Origin: an uncultured Leptospirales bacterium | GTDB lineage: Bacteria > Spirochaetota > UBA4802 > UBA5368 | Length of the DNA: 64,000 nucleotides | Direction of reading: 5' to 3' | NCBI GenBank assembly: GCA_964624235.1 | Contig: CAZUXY010000019.1 | Span: 1,280-65,279 of the forward strand | In this document: positions 59,365-64,000 of the stretch, one piece after another | How positions within the stretch are numbered: the stretch's first letter is position 1 | Layout of the letters: each line of letters opens with the position of its first letter | The notes under the pieces: model-generated | Seen by the model: the letters and a program-made list of their open reading frames with translations, nothing else | Databases searched by the model: none | What the model was told of the DNA's origin: nothing | Position numbers and translations under genes: made by a program

Positions 59365-61074
59365 CTATTGTCGCTCGTATAACAGATATTGCACAGGCGG
59401 CAGTTCATCCTTTTTTATGATGCGCCATCCCGGAATGTCGCTTTTTACTATAAATCCCCGTGTGTAATCAAAGGACAGATACTCCGAAAAGATATTTTTC
59501 GTCTGTCTGTAAGCTTCCGGTTGCATTAGAAAATATTTTACCTGCGCATGCGACCTGGTAAAGTCCACGAATGCTTTCAAGTTTTTAAAATATGTTATTC
59601 CACACATCTTGCCGTTCAGCTCGGGATAGAGCAGGACCCAGGGATAATGATGTTCCCCTCTGGTCATATACAATTCACCTGCTTTTAAATGACTTTTAAA
59701 AAAAGCCGCCAGTTCATGATAGTCATCCTCCAGTTTCCAGGTGCGTCGCGGATCGGGGATATGTCGAGCATACAGGTATATTCCATTGAAAAGCAATAGA
59801 AAGATAAAGATAATTATTTTTATTGAGCTTGCCGGGCTCAGAGATGCCGATCCACCCTTGATTACAGCGGACTTTTCATACAAACGATACCATGACCGTA
59901 CAAGAATTATTGAAAAAAATATCAGAAAGAAAAACATCACCGGCATGATATACCGCCGGTTCGGTGATGTAATGCTGTACCATGACAGGGGAAGATAAAA
60001 TCCTGTAATAAGAAAAACGATAAGACTTTTTTTCCTTTTCCCTGTTTTTGATTTTATAAAGCCCAAGACTGACAGACCAAACATAAGCATGGAAAGAACC
60101 GCAGCGGTTACTTTTCTCACTATGCCGGCATTGTCTTCAGAGAAAGGAGGCACGTAGTGGATCGAAAACGGATACAGTGAATGCAACAACACCCTGAACT
60201 CTTTCCCAAGTCCTTTAATAAAACGCAGGCTGTTCTCTCCAATATCCTTTTTCAGGATATCTTTGAACTGGGCGTGTTTTTCTGCCTTTCCCCAGTCTTC
60301 ATCCATTGCAAGGATTCTGACATTATAATTGTAGAAAGGAAATTTATATACGAGAGTATTCCGAACCAGCAGAGGGAGTGAAACAACGATAAAACAAATG
60401 ATAAACCCCCAGAGATACCTGTTCTTCAGCAGACGTGTAATGCGAAGCCTGCAGTCATACAGCAAAAAGAGGGAAAATCCGAAGAGAATAAACAAACCGC
60501 TTGCTTTAGTCATGTAGGTGAGGCCCGCGAATATTCCAGCTGGAATCCAGCAACGGTTATCATCGAGACCTTTAATCAGGAAATAAAAAGTTATTGTGGA
60601 GAACACTATCAACAAAGGCTCGCAGGAAACCATGGTGGTCTGATGCATGAATACATCATTGGCTATCACCAGTCCCATCACGACCAGTGCGTAAATCTCA
60701 TTACACTCCCGCCGGATCATTACATATATCATTAAGACAAAAACCAGCCCCAGAATAAAATTGAGTATTTTCACCCACACAAAATAATTCATACTGCGCT
60801 CAAAGAAGAAGGTGATAAAAAATGGGAAAAGGGGATGCTGGTTACTCAGAGTGAAGTCCCCGGTGAATAATGATTTCAATGTCTCAAGTATTCCGCCATG
60901 TCGTACGATTTCAGCGACATATGCAAAAAAAGCGCTGGTATCAGTCTCACCGGGATAAAGATGCACACCGAGATTATACAGACCCACGAAAACATAGGTT
61001 AATCCCATCAGTCCTGGAGCAATCCAGGAAAGCACACGGTCGAGAATGGCCGATGTTGACGTTTCTTTCTTCAT
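59365..61074 (-). CDS. GT-C fold membrane glycosyltransferase (ArnT-like), paralogue 3
   Basis: 569 aa; the tandem paralogue of 57430-59160 (same conserved blocks). Its start overlaps the stop of the upstream GT2 gene (ATGA). Confidence 0.65.
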   Translation of the reverse strand: MKKETSTSAILDRVLSWIAPGLMGLTYVFVGLYNLGVHLYPGETDTSAFFAYVAEIVRHGGILETLKSLFTGDFTLSNQHPLFPFFITFFFERSMNYFVWVKILNFILGLVFVLMIYVMIRRECNEIYALVVMGLVIANDVFMHQTTMVSCEPLLIVFSTITFYFLIKGLDDNRCWIPAGIFAGLTYMTKASGLFILFGFSLFLLYDCRLRITRLLKNRYLWGFIICFIVVSLPLLVRNTLVYKFPFYNYNVRILAMDEDWGKAEKHAQFKDILKKDIGENSLRFIKGLGKEFRVLLHSLYPFSIHYVPPFSEDNAGIVRKVTAAVLSMLMFGLSVLGFIKSKTGKRKKSLIVFLITGFYLPLSWYSITSPNRRYIMPVMFFFLIFFSIILVRSWYRLYEKSAVIKGGSASLSPASSIKIIIFIFLLLFNGIYLYARHIPDPRRTWKLEDDYHELAAFFKSHLKAGELYMTRGEHHYPWVLLYPELNGKMCGITYFKNLKAFVDFTRSHAQVKYFLMQPEAYRQTKNIFSEYLSFDYTRGFIVKSDIPGWRIIKKDELPPVQYLLYERQ

Positions 61075-62027
61075 CGCTGTTCAGTCGAGCTTTTTCTCAG
61101 CCGGTACTGTATATCCTCCATGATCTTTCTGTTCGTCGCCAGCAGATCGGCAAGGAAAGCGACCAGCACGGTCTGAAAGCCGATACCCAGAAGGATGGAA
61201 GCGAGTATGAGTGACTGGGTTTTGCCGGTGGGATTAATATCGGTAAAATAATAATAAAGGAACCGTATCCCTATCAAAGAACCGAGGGTTATAAAGATTG
61301 CGCCGATACTCATGAAAAAAACAAAGGGTTTATAGATCACGAATATCCGGATAACGGTCAGCACGGACCTGGTGATATAAGAAAAGACGCTTTTTACCAG
61401 ACGGGATGGTCTCAGGTCCGTGTTGACCCGCACCGGCACCGTCAGTACCGCCATGTTTTTCAGACCGGCCTGTATGATGGTTTCCAGGGTATAGGTATAA
61501 TCGTTGAAAACGTTGAGCCGCATTGCCGCTTCCCGGCTCAGGGCCCTGAACCCGCTTGGAGCGTCGGGGACCGAGGTACGGCTGACGATCCTCACCACCC
61601 AGCTTCCCAGCTTCTGTAACAGCTTTTTCAGGATTGAGAAGTGACTCATGTCCGCAATGGGTCGTTCGCCTATAACGATGTCCGCCCTGCCCTCCATCAC
61701 GGGTCGCACCAGCTTTGGAATGTCACGGGCGTCATACTGGTTGTCCGCGTCGGTGTTGACAATAATGTCCGCACCCAGCCTGACGCAGGCGTCAAGTCCC
61801 GCCATGAATCCCCGAGCCAGGCCCTGGTTCTTCGTGAAACTCACGATATGGTCGACCCCGTTCTTACGGGCTGTTTCAACCGTCCCGTCGGTGCTGCCGT
61901 CGTTTATGACCAGCCATTCGACTTTTTGGATCCCTTTGATCTTGCGGGGGAGTTCCTTGAGCACCGTCGCCAGGGTCGCTTCCTCGTTGAAGCAGGGTAT
62001 CTGTATTATCAATTTCATTATTTTCAC
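61071..62027 (-). CDS. family 2 glycosyltransferase, polyprenol-phosphate sugar synthase type (ArnC/GtrB/LgmA-like)
   Basis: IIQIPCFNEEATL, VINDGSTDGT and NTDADNQYD motifs with two C-terminal transmembrane helices; translationally coupled to the GT-C paralogue downstream. Confidence 0.8.
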   Translation of the reverse strand: MKIMKLIIQIPCFNEEATLATVLKELPRKIKGIQKVEWLVINDGSTDGTVETARKNGVDHIVSFTKNQGLARGFMAGLDACVRLGADIIVNTDADNQYDARDIPKLVRPVMEGRADIVIGERPIADMSHFSILKKLLQKLGSWVVRIVSRTSVPDAPSGFRALSREAAMRLNVFNDYTYTLETIIQAGLKNMAVLTVPVRVNTDLRPSRLVKSVFSYITRSVLTVIRIFVIYKPFVFFMSIGAIFITLGSLIGIRFLYYYFTDINPTGKTQSLILASILLGIGFQTVLVAFLADLLATNRKIMEDIQYRLRKSSTEQR

Positions 62028-62339
62028 TTCAAAGTGTTCCGTACTCTCACTGTATTATCAGGTATTATGTAATGTTCGAAAATTATATTTATCGCCAGAC
62101 ACTATTCACGCAAGAATAAATTTGGTAAATCTTCAGCGGATAATAATGATTTTCAACAATGGTTTTTCCGTGGTGTGATAGGATGAAAATCGATAATAAG
62201 AATTTCCGCGGTATTTACTGTATTAACAAAAAGTTTTCCTCAAAAAATCGTACCCGCCTGATATGGGACGGGAATGATAATTATAAAACAAACTCCCACC
62301 GATGTCTGATCCATGTCACATACGGGGAGGAGGGATGCA

Positions 62340-62374
62340 ATAACAATACACGCAGTGTCGCGGGACACTGCGTG
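62340..62374 (-). terminator. possible terminator hairpin after alpha/beta-hydrolase gene
   Basis: Perfect 9-bp stem CGCAGTGTC/GACACTGCG with a 4-nt loop, 4 nt after the stop; a moderately T-rich tail on the minus strand. Confidence 0.35.
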
Positions 62375-62377
62375 CCA

Positions 62378-63376
62378 TCACGGTAAGACGTTACGCACCG
62401 CCTTTACGATGAGTTCCGGTTCGCCCAGATGAATGTTTCTTGAACTTGAATCCGCAGAAATTCTTGTATGGCGCGGGAACAGCGCTTCCAGCGTACGATA
62501 GGAATCATCCGCGATCGCTTCAATCTTTCTTGCTTCGTCCACCGGGACGCCGAAGAAGAGCATTTCCCTGTAGTATTTTATTTGCGATCGAGTCACCAGC
62601 ACCATGGGCATTCCATAAGATTTCCGCGGTTTCGCAATTCCTTCCAGGCGCTCTTTCAGTCCTTTGCCGGATTCGCCCAGGGCGGCCTCATAGGTTTTTC
62701 CCAGTGAAAAGTTCTCAATAATTAAAGGTCTGAGGTCTTCGTGAACATCCATATAAGGGATTATCTTAAGCCATCGGACTATACCCATCCTCCCGAAAAA
62801 GCTCCCGATTTTATATGAAGAACGCTGATCTATGAAGTTCTTGTATACCGCTTTCTCAAGCTCATCCCGGAACCTTTGATACTTTACCGGAAACGGGTCA
62901 ATCAGCGCTATTCCCTTAACCCATCCATGATGTCGACGTACATATTCAATCACGTACAGCGCACCGATATCATGACCGACCAGTATTAATGGCGGAAGGA
63001 TGCGCATCCTCCGGATGAGCATGTCCAGATCTTCAACCGGTGTTACCTCCCCCTTCGGGGCCGGGTCACTCCAGCCGTACCCTGCCCGGTCATAGGTAAG
63101 TACTTTCGCAACACGGGAGAGCTCGTTTTGCACCCTCCACCACTCCGGCGAAGCCGATGCCAGCCCCGCCTCGATGATCACCGTGGCACTTCCCGTTCCC
63201 TTTAGCGTCGCGTAAAGTCTTCTTCCACCGATGTCCACCAGCTTTCCCGGTGGAGCAGGATGTTTGAGCCAGGTTTCCGACCGGGTTCTGTTACTTGAAT
63301 AAATATCAAAGGCTTTATAAAACAATACAAGGAGCACAATGAATGAAAATAACGATATCCATTTGATTACTTTCAT
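62378..63376 (-). CDS. membrane-anchored alpha/beta-hydrolase with Asp nucleophile elbow (epoxide-hydrolase/haloalkane-dehalogenase-like)
   Basis: N-terminal transmembrane anchor (MKVIKWISLFSFIVLLVLF); alpha/beta-hydrolase fold. The nucleophile elbow reads VGHDIGA (G-H-D-x-G) where Ser hydrolases have GHSxG. Confidence 0.6.
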   Translation of the reverse strand: MKVIKWISLFSFIVLLVLFYKAFDIYSSNRTRSETWLKHPAPPGKLVDIGGRRLYATLKGTGSATVIIEAGLASASPEWWRVQNELSRVAKVLTYDRAGYGWSDPAPKGEVTPVEDLDMLIRRMRILPPLILVGHDIGALYVIEYVRRHHGWVKGIALIDPFPVKYQRFRDELEKAVYKNFIDQRSSYKIGSFFGRMGIVRWLKIIPYMDVHEDLRPLIIENFSLGKTYEAALGESGKGLKERLEGIAKPRKSYGMPMVLVTRSQIKYYREMLFFGVPVDEARKIEAIADDSYRTLEALFPRHTRISADSSSRNIHLGEPELIVKAVRNVLP

Positions 63377-63383
63377 TATGCGA

Positions 63384-64000
63384 TCAATCCCTGTCCGTTT
63401 TTCTTTTGAAGACAACAATATAATCCGAGGAAATATTAAGAGCATGATGGCGCCGGAATATCCCCGGATCGAAGGAACTGCGATGGACTTCCTTAAACCC
63501 CAGGGCGCCTTTCATGAGAGACCCGACAAAGTCGGGCATGCCTGATTGCAGCGCACGGAGGTTGCGCACGGAGGGCATCTGCCCCTTGCCATACTTGATC
63601 CCGACGAGGGACAGGTTCTTTTCGATCATGGTGCTGTTCAACACCAGGTAATCCGGGCGACGTGTGTCGATTTCGAACAGGTTTTTCTTGATCCTGCAGG
63701 CGTCGGCACCCTCAGGGAAACGGGGCAGGTAATGGGTATAGGTGTAATACTCAATGACGGCCCCCTTCGGTATGTGGGTATTCATCCACGCCTCAGCATT
63801 ATAACGGGCGTCGCGCAGAAGACGCACATTGACCGACACGGTATTATAGAAAGAATAGACCCCTCCCGCGGCAAGTAATACGATGACGATGGATTTAAGC
63901 GGCCATGACTTCTCCCTGATACAGTCCATAATCCGTGCGAGGGCGTACCCCCCGTATGCGGTAAATAAAATGCTCTGTATCATGACGAAGCGTATGGTGC
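63384..64000 (-). CDS. C-terminal part of a larger membrane protein (partial; 5' end beyond window)
   Basis: The reading frame stays open from 63983 to the window end. Begins inside a hydrophobic helix (FVMIQSILFTAYGGYALARIM) and is followed by an about 170-aa soluble domain. Could be the C-terminus of another GT-C-type enzyme, but this is unverified. Confidence 0.35.
   Translation of the reverse strand, partial: TIRFVMIQSILFTAYGGYALARIMDCIREKSWPLKSIVIVLLAAGGVYSFYNTVSVNVRLLRDARYNAEAWMNTHIPKGAVIEYYTYTHYLPRFPEGADACRIKKNLFEIDTRRPDYLVLNSTMIEKNLSLVGIKYGKGQMPSVRNLRALQSGMPDFVGSLMKGALGFKEVHRSSFDPGIFRRHHALNISSDYIVVFKRKTDRD

Noticed and set aside
1-64000. Searched by eye for CRISPR-like regularly spaced direct repeats, tRNA hallmarks (GGTTCGAATCC-type T-arm), rRNA fragments, transposase or integrase genes and phage structural genes.
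   Set aside because: None found. The only notable repeat is the palindromic element at 46481-46596. The three GT-C paralogues are gene duplications, not mobile elements.

Overview
This is a bacterial chromosomal segment of roughly 57% GC (my estimate), densely coding on both strands, with no rRNA, tRNA, CRISPR array or recognisable transposase. Housekeeping genes are scattered through it: recO (partial), purB, a family-III CoA transferase, miaB, mutS, an nfeD/SPFH pair, pcm, uvrA, pyrE, rarA, rpsU and a class-I aminotransferase. Between them sit many secreted, TPR, HEAT, NHL and lipoprotein genes of unknown function. The features most worth a second look are: (1) a locus of about 17 kb at 46.6-63.4 kb on the minus strand that I read as an Arn/Lgm-like undecaprenyl-phosphate amino-sugar glycosylation system; (2) a very acidic FmdB-type zinc-ribbon protein translationally coupled to uvrA; (3) an SMC-type ATPase with a drastically reduced hinge; (4) an EF-G paralogue with Met in place of the catalytic His; (5) a response regulator with a degenerate GGDEF active site but an intact I-site; (6) a YihY membrane protein with an inserted BNR/Ycf48-like beta-propeller; (7) a three-gene Spy-like/ECF sigma/anti-sigma module with a sigmaE-type promoter; (8) a LuxR-type gene interrupted by an in-frame TAG at a conserved Tyr; and (9) an AXE1-family esterase homologue with its catalytic triad mutated. 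All calls come from reading the translations and DNA by eye. No database search was run, so family assignments are recognition-based and should be checked.
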